DNA of 64,000 nt from a virus. Lineage: Duplodnaviria > Heunggongvirae > Uroviricota > Caudoviricetes. Below the pieces are notes generated by a model, which was not told the origin of the DNA, did no database searches, and saw only the letters and a program-made list of their open reading frames with translations. Location: IMG/VR virus record IMGVR_UViG_3300035696_000002; one strand, given 5' to 3'. The first letter of the stretch is position 1. Every line of letters begins with the position of its first letter. Positions 39,677-49,120 of the stretch are shown one piece after another. The translations under genes were made by a program, and so were the position numbers.

Positions 39677-40679
39677 ATTCTGGCGACTGTGCTAGGATTG
39701 ATGTATGACACAACGGCTCAAAGGTTTTGTGGTTACGCTTGAAAAAGACTTGCGTGAGGATGACGCCGAAGTCATCCTCAACGCTCTCCGCATGATCCGT
39801 CATGTCGAGTCCGTCGAGCCCGTCGAATCCAACTTTGACGATCAAATGAATCGCTCCCGAATTCGTTCCGAATTTAGGGACAAACTCTGGGCGGTACTAT
39901 ATCCTGAATACGCGAAAGAGAAACAATAACCATGGCCAACAAAAAGAAAAACAAAAAGGACGGGCTCCAGCCGAAGTTTGAGTCCAAGGTGCTGCTCCTG
40001 CACTGTAAGTGCGATTCATGCACAAACTGGGAACTCGCGTACCATCTCGGGGCTTACTACCTCGTGTGTGCGACCTGCGAGGAACAGGTGTTCTTGAACC
40101 TGACTAACCTCGACCCACATCCTCAATTTCACTGGGAGCCGAAAAAGTAGTTATGACTTACACGCAGCTTGAATCTTCCGTGAAAGGCGGGTTCGTGTGC
40201 TTCGCCGTGTTGGCGATCATCAACGGATTTACGTCCACACACTGGTACGGTAGGCTTGGCGAATTCCTTGGGTACATGATCGGCTGGATGATGTTCAGCC
40301 TGATCTACGATTATTTCCGGGGTCTGTGGAAGAGCCGCGATGGGAACTGACGCATACGAAGGCGTTCCTCGTTTGGAACGGGTTGCCGACATCGTCACGG
40401 GTCTCCAGAAGACATACCCGGACGCCAAGAAGCTGGCCATCGACATTCGCTTTGAGTGGGTGACGACGGATGTCTACACGGATGGAGCGGAACTTTGCCC
40501 CGTTGTCAAGATCAACATCGAGAGGTAACGATGTACGAGCGATTCCTAAACTGGTGCGGCGACCACCCCTTCCTCACGCTGGGGCTATTCGCACTGGTTT
40601 TTGTGATCGTTTTCGGGCTGGCAGTTCAAACGGGCATCATCACGGAACATACCAAGCTGATGCCTTACTAGGGGTTGTT

Positions 40680-40943
40680 ATGGCTTTCGTAATTGCTGAA
40701 CCATGTATCGGGGTGAAAGACACGGCGTGCGTTGATGCGTGCCCGGTCGATTGTATCCACCCCAAGAAGGGCACCCCGGAATTCGAGAAAGAGCCGATGC
40801 TCTACATCGACCCGGTTGAGTGCATCGACTGCGGGGCCTGCGTTCCGGTCTGCCCGACCGCCGCAATCTTCCCGGTGGAAGACCTCCCGGCTCAGTGGGC
40901 TCGTTTCACTCAGATCAACGCCGACTACTTCGGGAGAAAGTAA
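40680..40943 (+). CDS. Dicluster (7Fe-type) ferredoxin
   Basis: EPCIGVKDTACVDACPVDCIH ... ECIDCGACVPVCP. Confidence 0.93.
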   Translation: MAFVIAEPCIGVKDTACVDACPVDCIHPKKGTPEFEKEPMLYIDPVECIDCGACVPVCPTAAIFPVEDLPAQWARFTQINADYFGRK

Positions 40944-42404
40944 TGCCGCTGACCACCAAGCAACTTGAACTCTTCGCCAAGATCGAACTAACTCTCCGTC
41001 ATGTTCGCAACCTGTACGAACTTGGCCCGCACGACGTTCGTGCCGAAGCTGTCGATGCCAATCAGGCTCTCGAAGAGGCTCTGGGCAAGGACTACGCTAA
41101 AATCTTCAAGACCAAGACGTGGAAGAAGGCAATGGCATGATGTTTCTGTGTTGGCTCAAGGCCATAGGTTTAATCCTCGCCGTTCTCGCTACTGTGGCCG
41201 GGATATTCGTGGCTTTTTGTGCCGCCATGTTCTGTATCGTTGGAGCGTGTATAGCGATTGGGGATTTCTTTGAGCGTCACCCGGTCACTCGCCTCATACC
41301 CACACTCGGGAAGGCTCTCCTGATCCTGCTCGTAGCTTTGTCCCTCGTGGGAGGAGTCTGGGGGGCAAAACAGCAAGTTTGTAAGCGGGGTTTTGTGCGG
41401 TCGTACAAAGATTTCATAGCGGACATGTTCAAGTGATGCCGTATCTCCCCGCTACCGAAGAAGAAATTTGGCAATTTCGCGAAGTGATGCGGAAGGATCG
41501 TGAGAGACGTGAAAAAGCTAAAAACGAAACTGCACTTCAATCGGGTGAACATGCAGAGGGGCAACCCGAACGTGTGGACGGCCCACAATAGTCACGGCTG
41601 CTTTCAGGCTGAGAAGCTTGTCATCATGCACGAAGGCAAGGTCGTAGCCGAGACGGTATTCAAGCCGGAGGCCAAACAGCCTCGGGCGTATTTCGAGACG
41701 CACGGTCAAGTCCGGTACGAGGGCAAGACCGCAATCGTGGAGGTTTGATTATGCCGACAGCTACTCCTAAAGGCACCGAAGTAGTCGTGAAGTACGGCGG
41801 CGAATTCATGGATTTGGGCGATCAGGCCGACAATTTCGGCAGGCGAACCAAGGCCGTGGAGGCGATCCTCGGTATCATCAGCATCAACACCATCGGATTG
41901 GATTTCTTCTCCCGCCCGATAGGCGACATCACGGTCAAAGACCTGTACGAGAAACTGTTCAACTTGCAGGACGGCGTTCAGCGTGCCCGGATGCAGATAC
42001 AAGACCGCAACCTTGAGCGTGTGGCCAAGGAAACGGGCCTGTACGACCGCCTCGTCGGTCTGCAAGAATGTGTTGAGCGGGCGAAGGCTCAGGTGCGGAA
42101 GGAACTCCACCACTAAATGGAACTCAGGCAGATCATCGGTATCGCCGGGATGGTGCTTATGCTGGGCGGGACTTTCTACAGCATGTGGAAGTTCGACCAG
42201 AAGCCCAACGGCAGAATTCCAGTCCGGGTTACCAAGACCGAGGGGCGATTGCTCTACGGCCTAATCGGCGTGATCTTAACTTTCAGCTTTTTGGCGGCAA
42301 CAAACTTGATCGCCGATTCGCTACAGCACGACAAGAAACAACAAATCGCGTGTCCAGAATATCCCCCGGTTGACGGGGCTGGACGCCCGGAGGTTTGCAA
42401 GTAA

Positions 42405-43316
42405 ATGTACCACAAAACAGACGCAGAGAAGTCTCCCCGCACCCTCGCAGCAAGTAACCCGGCCAAAGCCCGGCACCCGAAACCGTTCCGCGTTTCCTAC
42501 TACAACCCGGCAGAAGTGGACGACAGGGGCTTTGCCCTGCTAACCGTGGTTGAAGTGCAGGCCAAGACCGCCAAGGAAGCGAAGGCGATGGTGATCGGCC
42601 CCGACAAGCATTTTGTCAGTGCCTACAAGGCCGTCTCAATGAAACCGATTAGCGAAAAGAAGCGGCACATTTACACCCTGTCGCCGAACTACGTTCCACC
42701 GAAGGGCGTGTTCCGCAGGGGAGCCACACAGGCTTGGTTCCGCAAGTATCCGATCTGCCGTCGTCCCGGCTGCGGCAAGCAGAACCCGAAGTGGCACCAG
42801 TATTGCTCCGACACCTGTTCCCGTATGCTCAGAAATGGTCGGCAACTTCAGACCAAGGCACGCCGGATGCGGGTCGGCAAGAAAAACGGGATCATCCTCT
42901 GCAAGTGTTGTGCGGCCCGGCCCGTGGGCTCATTCAGCGATACCCGCTGCAACAAGTGCTTCCTCGACACACGCACGTATGCCTTGCCTCGCAAGAATGC
43001 GGAGCGGTTGCTGCCTCGGCTACAAGGACAAATCCCGGCTGTGATGGAGATTATGCTGAACGCCGCCCAGCACAAATGCACTCGTGCAGGCGACACCAAG
43101 GGAGCCCGGTTCCCGAAGTGCGGCTGCCGTCTACACGCCTTCCAGTGGCTTGTCATCAATGCTGAGCGTCTGGTCAACCTGCGTCGGCCCAAACAGAGCT
43201 ACGTCATGTCCAACCAGCCGCTACCGCCATGGTTCCAGCCTAAGCGGAAGCGTCGCGACTTCCGGTTGCAAAACTACCTGTCGTCGATTCAGCCCAGTGG
43301 CAGCTTGGCATCATGA
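42405..43316 (+). CDS. Basic Cys-rich hypothetical protein
   Basis: Several CxxC/CxxxC pairs; Arg/Lys rich. Confidence 0.55.
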   Translation: MYHKTDAEKSPRTLAASNPAKARHPKPFRVSYYNPAEVDDRGFALLTVVEVQAKTAKEAKAMVIGPDKHFVSAYKAVSMKPISEKKRHIYTLSPNYVPPKGVFRRGATQAWFRKYPICRRPGCGKQNPKWHQYCSDTCSRMLRNGRQLQTKARRMRVGKKNGIILCKCCAARPVGSFSDTRCNKCFLDTRTYALPRKNAERLLPRLQGQIPAVMEIMLNAAQHKCTRAGDTKGARFPKCGCRLHAFQWLVINAERLVNLRRPKQSYVMSNQPLPPWFQPKRKRRDFRLQNYLSSIQPSGSLAS

Positions 43317-43976
43317 GCACATTCATCCATCACGTGCTGGCAGTAATTGGCTTCGCGTTCTTGTTCAATACGTGGGCGTGCATACTCCTGCGGATTTTCG
43401 TGTTGGACAGGGCAAAGTCATGGCACTGGTGGTGTCTGTCGTGCCAGCTTCAATACCGGATTTTCGGGAGGAAGTTTTGAAACTGAGCACAGACATCACC
43501 GATGCCGACGCATACGAATATCCGATCCATGGACGCCCGGCACCCAAAGACGCGGGATTGCCTGAGCGGGTTACAGCCGCCATGGATATTCTCAAGGCGG
43601 TAGTCAGCAAGGATCGCTACACGCTCATCGCCATGCTCAACCGCTTCGACATGGGCAAGGTCATTGAGGATCGCCATCGGTACGGCCCGCCCCGGCCTCA
43701 GCGAGTACCCTTTGAACCAAGCTGGCACGCCGACATGGACGTTGACGAGCTTACAGCCTTCGCCAACGACCTCGCACTGGACGTGCTCACCGGGGAGAAA
43801 GCCCCAGCCGGGCCGTCTGACGCAGAACTCAATACTGTGCTTGACGACATTTTACGGCAGGTCGTTTGCAATTGCGGGAACTACAGGCACCACGGCGTCT
43901 CATGGATGCCGGAGGGCTCTGGCGAAGGCCTGACGCAAGCACGGGCCATTCTACGCAGGCTTATGGAGGGCCGAAG

Positions 43977-44657
43977 ATGAAAACCGCAACGTGCGAACAC
44001 CGCTTCAATGAGCACTCGATTTACGGGAGAACCAAAAAGGGGGAGTTCCGCGTCTGCGGTCGCCCCGCAATCACCACCGACCCAACGGCACTCTGTAAGG
44101 GGTGCATAGCCATTCTTGCAAAGAACGACTTTGACGCCACGCCCGACAAGGAAACGGGAATCCAGCGTTGGTGGTTGGAAGAGCGGATTTATGGACAATT
44201 CCCCGCCTTGAAAAACCCCGGCAAGTTCCTCATCGGGCGTACCAAGATGAATGGAGCAATCTCCGGGTGGTTGATCGGGGACACGATTGAGTATCAGGCT
44301 GACGTTTTCGTGCCCAAGATCGGTGAAGTAGCCGAGACCGAAATGGGTAGTCTCACTCTATGGCATCCCCGCCTCCAAGCGATCAAACTCATTTCTCGGG
44401 AAATGGCCAACCACTGGATTGACGTGGTGTATAGCAGCAAGCAGATGAAGGCGATCAAAGAACACGTCGAATACAGTGTGAGGGCAAACAAAGACGTAAA
44501 GATCATGGACATGCTTAAAACAATCGAAAGATCAGGTATCCTCACCAAAGAGGATGGCACGAGTCCGACACCAGACGAAATCTGGAATGGGTTGCCAAAA
44601 ACGTTCATGTTCGAACTTGGCGAACTGCACATGCAGGCTGTGGAGGCCCTGAGATGA
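43977..44657 (+). CDS. Hypothetical protein with N-terminal C..CGRPA..LCxxC finger
   Basis: GGAGG SD; ATGA coupling. Confidence 0.6.
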   Translation: MKTATCEHRFNEHSIYGRTKKGEFRVCGRPAITTDPTALCKGCIAILAKNDFDATPDKETGIQRWWLEERIYGQFPALKNPGKFLIGRTKMNGAISGWLIGDTIEYQADVFVPKIGEVAETEMGSLTLWHPRLQAIKLISREMANHWIDVVYSSKQMKAIKEHVEYSVRANKDVKIMDMLKTIERSGILTKEDGTSPTPDEIWNGLPKTFMFELGELHMQAVEALR

Positions 44658-44942
44658 AAAAGTTTTCGAAGCAACTACTGGGGACTGAGGGATTCGAACT
44701 CAACCACCACATCAAGGGCGGCGACGTAGTAATCCTGCCGCTCCACACGAAAGTTTGCAAACGCAAGCCGTGCACTTGCGGGGCCATTGATGCGATGCCC
44801 AAAGACGCTATCAACGGCAACGTCATCTGGCCGGAGTGGAGGCCTAAGTGAACTGCCCGCTGTGCAAAAACTTGATGGTGAAGATGGTCTCCTACCTGTT
44901 GCCCTCGATCTGGAAATGCAAGAAGTGCGGGTACATTGAGAA

Positions 44943-45158
44943 ATGCTGAAGACCTTCCACATTTTCTACCGGGACAGGCAAGGCGTCCTCATGCGAATCC
45001 TGAATGAAGTCTCCCGGCGTGGGATAGCCTTCAAGGAAGTAATCGCCATTCACGATCTGCTGACGCTCACCCTCGACATAAACAAAAAGCAGGAAGAGCA
45101 GCTTTGCCGGGCGTGGCGTGCTACGATTGATGTGGACGAAGTGAGGGCAATGGCATGA
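44943..45158 (+). CDS. Stand-alone ACT domain protein (IlvM/IlvH-like)
   Basis: YRDRQGVLMRILNEVSRRG resembles the ACT N.PGVL.RI...F.RRG pattern. Confidence 0.65.
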   Translation: MLKTFHIFYRDRQGVLMRILNEVSRRGIAFKEVIAIHDLLTLTLDINKKQEEQLCRAWRATIDVDEVRAMA

Positions 45159-46933
45159 GTAACCCAATGGAAAGCTTAATCCGGGCCTACATCGCGTGTG
45201 GTGGAGACCCAAACGACCTGCTACAAAGCCTTCAAGAGGCACCGCCTCCGCTGGCTGAGGATGAAGCCCGCTTTTTCAAGCAGTACGAAGACGAAATGGG
45301 TCAATAATGCCACTACCAGCGGGACGCGAATCCGAGTACATCGAAGACCGGGATCGGGAGATGAACGAACGGCACATGAAGACCTGCACCTATGTCGGGT
45401 GCTCCGTATGCCGATTGATCCGGGGAGAATGCGACTACTTCGATCCGCACTTTGAGAAGCGGGAGAATGGCGGTTTCCTGTGAAGGACAAAGCACTGCTT
45501 GCCAGACGAACTGTGCTCAAGATCGCGGAGTTCCCGGAAGAGTTTACTCGTCTGCTCCTCGAAAACATCGGCACGGACGCCACGGAAGACTTCATGGATC
45601 AGATGTACCGTATCTGGAGCGACGAGGGCTGCCACAAATGACCAAGTACGATGAGCCCGCGATGGCTCTGTGTGAAACGGTCACGATACGGGGAGGGCAG
45701 GTCTTGCACCTTGCCGAGAAAGGGAAGTCCGTCACCACCTGTGGCTCACCTGTCTCCCGTCGCACTTGGTTCGCACGCTATGCCCCGGCGACCGGGTGCA
45801 GTGCTTGTTTGGTCGCTGCGTGGGAACTATTGCCTGAATTCAGAAATCGGTTCAACACAAAATGATACGGAACGAACCACCACAATTCATGGCGAAGATG
45901 GAGACCGTTTTTCAGGCTGCTAAAAAGCAGGCGAAAAAACGGAAATGGGTCGATCCAGTCTACATGTACTACGACCGTCCGAAAGATTACGCCGACATTC
46001 GACGCATCAATCGGCTGCTCGCCCCCCACAACATGGTGTTCAAGACGTTTTCAGGCCGGGGGCAGTGGCGTAGACTGGGCCTGCTGGTTGCCATTGATCC
46101 GACCAAACTTCCGGCCCGAGATTGGTGTGGAATCGCCGACGAGATCATTTGTGAAAACAACGGTGGTGCCCAATAATGCTTTTCTTCCTGTGGATGGTAG
46201 TTTGGATCGGTGGGACGTGTGGTTGGGGTGAGCACAACGGAGCCTTGGCCGCAATCGCCTACTTCATCCTTTTCCCATTCGGGAGCCTGTGCATAAACTA
46301 TGCCTTTCGGAGATGGTCATGAACCCGTTTGAGAAAGTAGTTTTGAACCCATTCGAGAAGTGGGTGTCGGTGAACTTCACTGGGGTGGAGATGCCCGATC
46401 CGCCCGAGGACTGGGATCGCCAGAACGAGTTTTTCTACCTGATCGACGGCAAGCAGTATCGGATTCCGTTCGCCCGCGTGCCGGAAGAATTCAAAGCCAT
46501 CACCCTATTGGCCCGGATGGTGTCATGAATCCGTGGAACCCGCTCGCCACTACGCCCGACAGTAAACCACTCCGCTCTGGTGACTGTTGCATGGAAGCCT
46601 GTATTCACCTAATCACAGATGATCGCGGTGAGGTTCATTCTTATCCCGGCGTCAAAGGTTGGTGCGACTGTTGGTGCCATGAACGTTACTATGCCCAGAT
46701 GCGAAAGCGAGCCCACTTTGCTTGAACCACACCTGCAACATTCTGATCGACCTTTCTGAGGAGTGCGGCAAGCCTGCCGTCATGTGGATTGATGAGGAGG
46801 GGTGTTGCCCGGCCCACGTCCAGAAAACCTACTACTGTGCGAAGCACTGGGATGAATACTGCGACGGGAAGTACGGGTGTGTCTGGAGCATCCGCAACGG
46901 CGGGTTCCCGTGCTACTCCACAAAAACCGTCTA

Positions 46934-46963
46934 TTGACAATTTCTCGACTTTCCGGGTATTAT
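46934..46963 (+). promoter_or_regulatory. Sigma70-like promoter of the tRNA operon
   Basis: TTGACA (46934-46939)-18 nt-TATTAT (46958-46963). Confidence 0.8.
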
Positions 46964-46973
46964 TACAGAGAAC

Positions 46974-47054
46974 ATGAACCGCATATCCTCATTATCGTCG
47001 TCTAGTAGCTCCTTCGGGGGCTTTGGTGAGCGTGTGCGTTGGCGTGGTTGGTAA
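46974..47054 (+). CDS. Attenuator leader peptide MNRISSLSSSSSSFGGFGERVRWRGW
   Basis: 8 Ser codons covering all six Ser codons, plus ATA and TTA; lies between promoter and terminator. Confidence 0.82.
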   Translation: MNRISSLSSSSSSFGGFGERVRWRGW

Positions 47055-47078
47055 GACACCCAAAGACATCGCAGTCCG

Positions 47079-47108
47079 AAGCCGCCTGAAAAGGGCGGCT
47101 TTTTTATT
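47079..47108 (+). terminator. Attenuator terminator upstream of tRNA cluster
   Basis: AAGCCGCC-TGAAAAG-GGCGGCTT followed by TTTTATT; 5' arm can alternatively pair with GGCTTTGG at 47019-47026. Confidence 0.88.
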
Positions 47109-47117
47109 GGTTTTCAT

Positions 47118-47207
47118 GGAGAGTTGGGCGAGTGGCTTATGCCGTCTGGTTGCTAACCAGATGCCCCTTAACCGGGGCCGGGGGTTCGAATCCCTCACTC
47201 TCCGCCA
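47118..47207 (+). tRNA. tRNA-Ser(GCT)
   Basis: GGAGAGT/ACTCTCC acceptor, TCTGG-TTGCTAA-CCAGA, long variable arm, TTCGAAT, G73-CCA. Confidence 0.96.
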
Positions 47208-47211
47208 TCTT

Positions 47212-47303
47212 GGTGAGTTGGGAGAGTGGTTTATTCCAGCAGCTTGGAAAGCTGCCGCACTCCGCAAGGGGTGCCGGGGGTTCGAATCCCTCACTCACCG
47301 CCA
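47212..47303 (+). tRNA. tRNA-Ser(GGA)
   Basis: GGTGAGT/ACTCACC acceptor, GCAGC-TTGGAAA-GCTGC, long variable arm, G73-CCA. Confidence 0.96.
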
Positions 47304-47470
47304 GTTCGATTGTTCTGTATGGTGAATTTGCCCCTACAGGGCAAAGGTTGGATACAAAAAGCAAGGGGCCGGGTACATGAAACCCCGGCCTCGCGTGCTA
47401 CGGCAGCGGGACATTTATGAGGTCTGTCTATGCCGCGTGATCCTGACCTGAATAGTAATACCGGATTTTT

Positions 47471-47563
47471 GGAGGGTTTGGTACATTGGCAAGTCCGGCT
47501 GCCTTGAAAGCAGTTATACGCCTAACCCGCGTATTGGGGGTTCGACTCCCTCACCCTCCGCCA
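47471..47563 (+). tRNA. tRNA-Ser(TGA)
   Basis: GGAGGGT/ACCCTCC acceptor, GCTGC-CTTGAAA-GCAGT, long variable arm, G73-CCA. Confidence 0.93.
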
Positions 47564-47569
47564 TTTTGA

Positions 47570-47665
47570 GTCACCCGATTTTGGGTGACAAACGCAAAGT
47601 CAGCCTATTTTGGGTGACAAGCTTAAAACGTTGACATTGCCAGAATCAAGCTTAAAAGCTTGACA
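47570..47665. repeat. Two pairs of short palindromic direct repeats in tRNA spacer
   Basis: GTCACCCGATTTTGGGTGACAA / GTCAGCCTATTTTGGGTGACAA; CAAGCTTAAAACGTTGACA / CAAGCTTAAAAGCTTGACA. Confidence 0.75.
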
Positions 47666-47673
47666 ACGAATTT

Positions 47674-47769
47674 GGAGAGGTTGGTACATGTGGCAAGTCC
47701 GCTCGCCTCGAAAGCGAGTCACGGGGTTAACCACCCCGTGTGCAGGTTCGACTCCTGTCCTCTCCGCCA
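47674..47769 (+). tRNA. tRNA-Ser(CGA)
   Basis: GGAGAGG acceptor, CTCGC-CTCGAAA-GCGAG, long variable arm, TTCGACT, G73-CCA. Confidence 0.93.
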
Positions 47770-47790
47770 TTTTTGCAGTATTATTGTTGT

Positions 47791-47994
47791 ATGACCGAAA
47801 AAGAGTTGTTCGAGAAAGTTCAGGCCTACAACGATAAGCTGAAAGAGTACGGGTCGCGTAAACAGCTTCATACGTCGTTGGGCACCACTTTCCCAGAAGA
47901 GAAGCAGTTCCGCGAAGAGATCGACAAGCTCCTGAAAGAGATCGCCATGGAGTTTGTGCGGCAACGCGAGATCGCGAGGGCTGAAGGTGCCTGA
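47791..47994 (+). CDS. Hypothetical protein
   Basis: TATTAT 6 nt before ATG. Confidence 0.55.
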   Translation: MTEKELFEKVQAYNDKLKEYGSRKQLHTSLGTTFPEEKQFREEIDKLLKEIAMEFVRQREIARAEGA

Positions 47995-48325
47995 ACGAAT
48001 TTGCGAAGTGAACATGTATCGCGGGACTGGCGAATTTCTCGGCCAAGATTGGACGGACGGCATGCACGGGCCGATGTCAAATGTCCGGTCAGAGAAGAAC
48101 AAAATCGGATGCTTCAATCCGGCCCGCTGGCTGAATCCGTTCTACGATCCCGAGGGCACCAGATTTAGATCGGTGTGGGACGACGATTCTGATGTTTCAC
48201 TCCCCATCACTGGGGGTTATAATTACGCCCAGTGGCTCTGCACGGAGCACTATGACGAGGTTATCGTCATGGCAAAGGAAGACGAAGAGATCGACCGCGT
48301 GCGTAGGGGAATTGATGAGGATTAA
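47987..48325 (+). CDS. Zn-finger-like hypothetical protein
   Basis: ICE..GCFNPA..WLCTEHYD. Confidence 0.55.
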   Translation: MPERICEVNMYRGTGEFLGQDWTDGMHGPMSNVRSEKNKIGCFNPARWLNPFYDPEGTRFRSVWDDDSDVSLPITGGYNYAQWLCTEHYDEVIVMAKEDEEIDRVRRGIDED

Positions 48326-48569
48326 GGTCGTTTACCGAAAGAACCTAAAGATGTCGCCCGGCAAGCTGGCGGCTCAGACTGGACACGCTGTACTGGGGCT
48401 CAATGGGGCCTACGCTTCGATGTCGATTGTGGTGCTCGAAGCGAGTGACAAGAAGTTTCAGGAAACGAAGGCGGCTCACCCCGAGGCCTGTGTGGTTCGG
48501 GACGCTGGCCGAACAGAAGTTGCACCCGGTACCGAAACGGTGCTGGCTTACTTTGAGGATGGTCAATGA
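48315..48569 (+). CDS. pth2: Peptidyl-tRNA hydrolase 2 family (short)
   Basis: VYRKNLKMSPGKLAAQTGHA ... VRDAGRTEVAPGTETVL. Confidence 0.9.
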   Translation: MRIKVVYRKNLKMSPGKLAAQTGHAVLGLNGAYASMSIVVLEASDKKFQETKAAHPEACVVRDAGRTEVAPGTETVLAYFEDGQ

Positions 48570-48651
48570 AGTTATACGACCGATTATATCCGCATCGCAT
48601 GTGGATCATGCTTGGGTTTTTGATATGCATGTGGATCGCAACTGAATACAT

Positions 48652-48728
48652 GCTCCGGTGATGCAATAGGCAGACATCCTCCACTTAAAACGGAGGTTTT
48701 GAGAGTTCGATTCTCTCCCGGAGTACCA
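48652..48728 (+). tRNA. tRNA-Leu(TAA), short variable loop
   Basis: GCTCCGG/CCGGAGT acceptor, loop CTTAAAA, GAGAG-TTCGATT-CTCTC, A73-CCA. Confidence 0.85.
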
Positions 48729-48731
48729 AAT

Positions 48732-48826
48732 GGGGGAGAGCACGGGTGTGCGGGCGGGATTTATAACCCTGTAATTGCTCCTGATTAGAGTGCACGGTGT
48801 GAGTTCGAGTCTCCACTCCCCTACCA
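48732..48826 (+). tRNA. Atypical tRNA with TAT anticodon (Ile2-reading), long variable arm
   Basis: GGGGGAG/CTCCCCT acceptor, loop TTTATAA, extra arm around CTGATTA, TTCGAGT, A73-CCA. Confidence 0.75.
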
Positions 48827-48856
48827 TTTCAACCCTACCTGTGGTATCATCTCAAC

Positions 48857-49120
48857 ATGAGTGCTCAAATGCGGCTTACGATCTTCCTCGTAGTGTGGAC
48901 GCTACTTGTCGTCGCATTGGCCCATGGGCAAACTCAGAAAAATCCTACGTTCGCTAACCCGGCCCCTCCTCGCAAACCGCACCAATCAGTGAAACTTCCG
49001 ATCCTTGGCCGGGCTGCCAGCACTTTCATGTCGAGGCACCCGCATCTCGTAGGCCTCCTCGGCAACATCAACATCGAGTACGACAAACCACACAGATTCA
49101 ATACGGAGAAAAAGAAATGA
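48857..49120 (+). CDS. Small secreted protein
   Basis: Signal peptide ending ALAHG; TGG-TATCAT 6 nt before ATG. Confidence 0.55.
   Translation: MSAQMRLTIFLVVWTLLVVALAHGQTQKNPTFANPAPPRKPHQSVKLPILGRAASTFMSRHPHLVGLLGNINIEYDKPHRFNTEKKK

Noticed and set aside
46974-47117. T-box riboswitch explanation for the tRNA leader
   Set aside because: No T-box consensus (UGGNACC bulge) or stem I; an ORF with a codon tract fits ribosome-mediated attenuation instead
47335-47412. c-di-GMP-I riboswitch call
   Set aside because: ACAGGGCAAA and a P3-like helix are present, but the P2 GNRA hairpin and GACGCAAA junction are missing; kept only as an unassigned structured spacer
47023-47420. + strand ORFs 47023-47325, 47132-47380 and 47226-47420
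   Set aside because: They overlap the terminator and well-formed tRNA genes
47570-47665. CRISPR mini-array
   Set aside because: Only two copies of each unit, 7-10 nt gaps, and no cas genes in the window
48732-48826. Reading the last tRNA as an ochre suppressor (TTA anticodon)
   Set aside because: The TAT register gives canonical U33 and A37/A38, whereas the TTA register puts a pyrimidine at 37; TAA is used as a normal stop throughout
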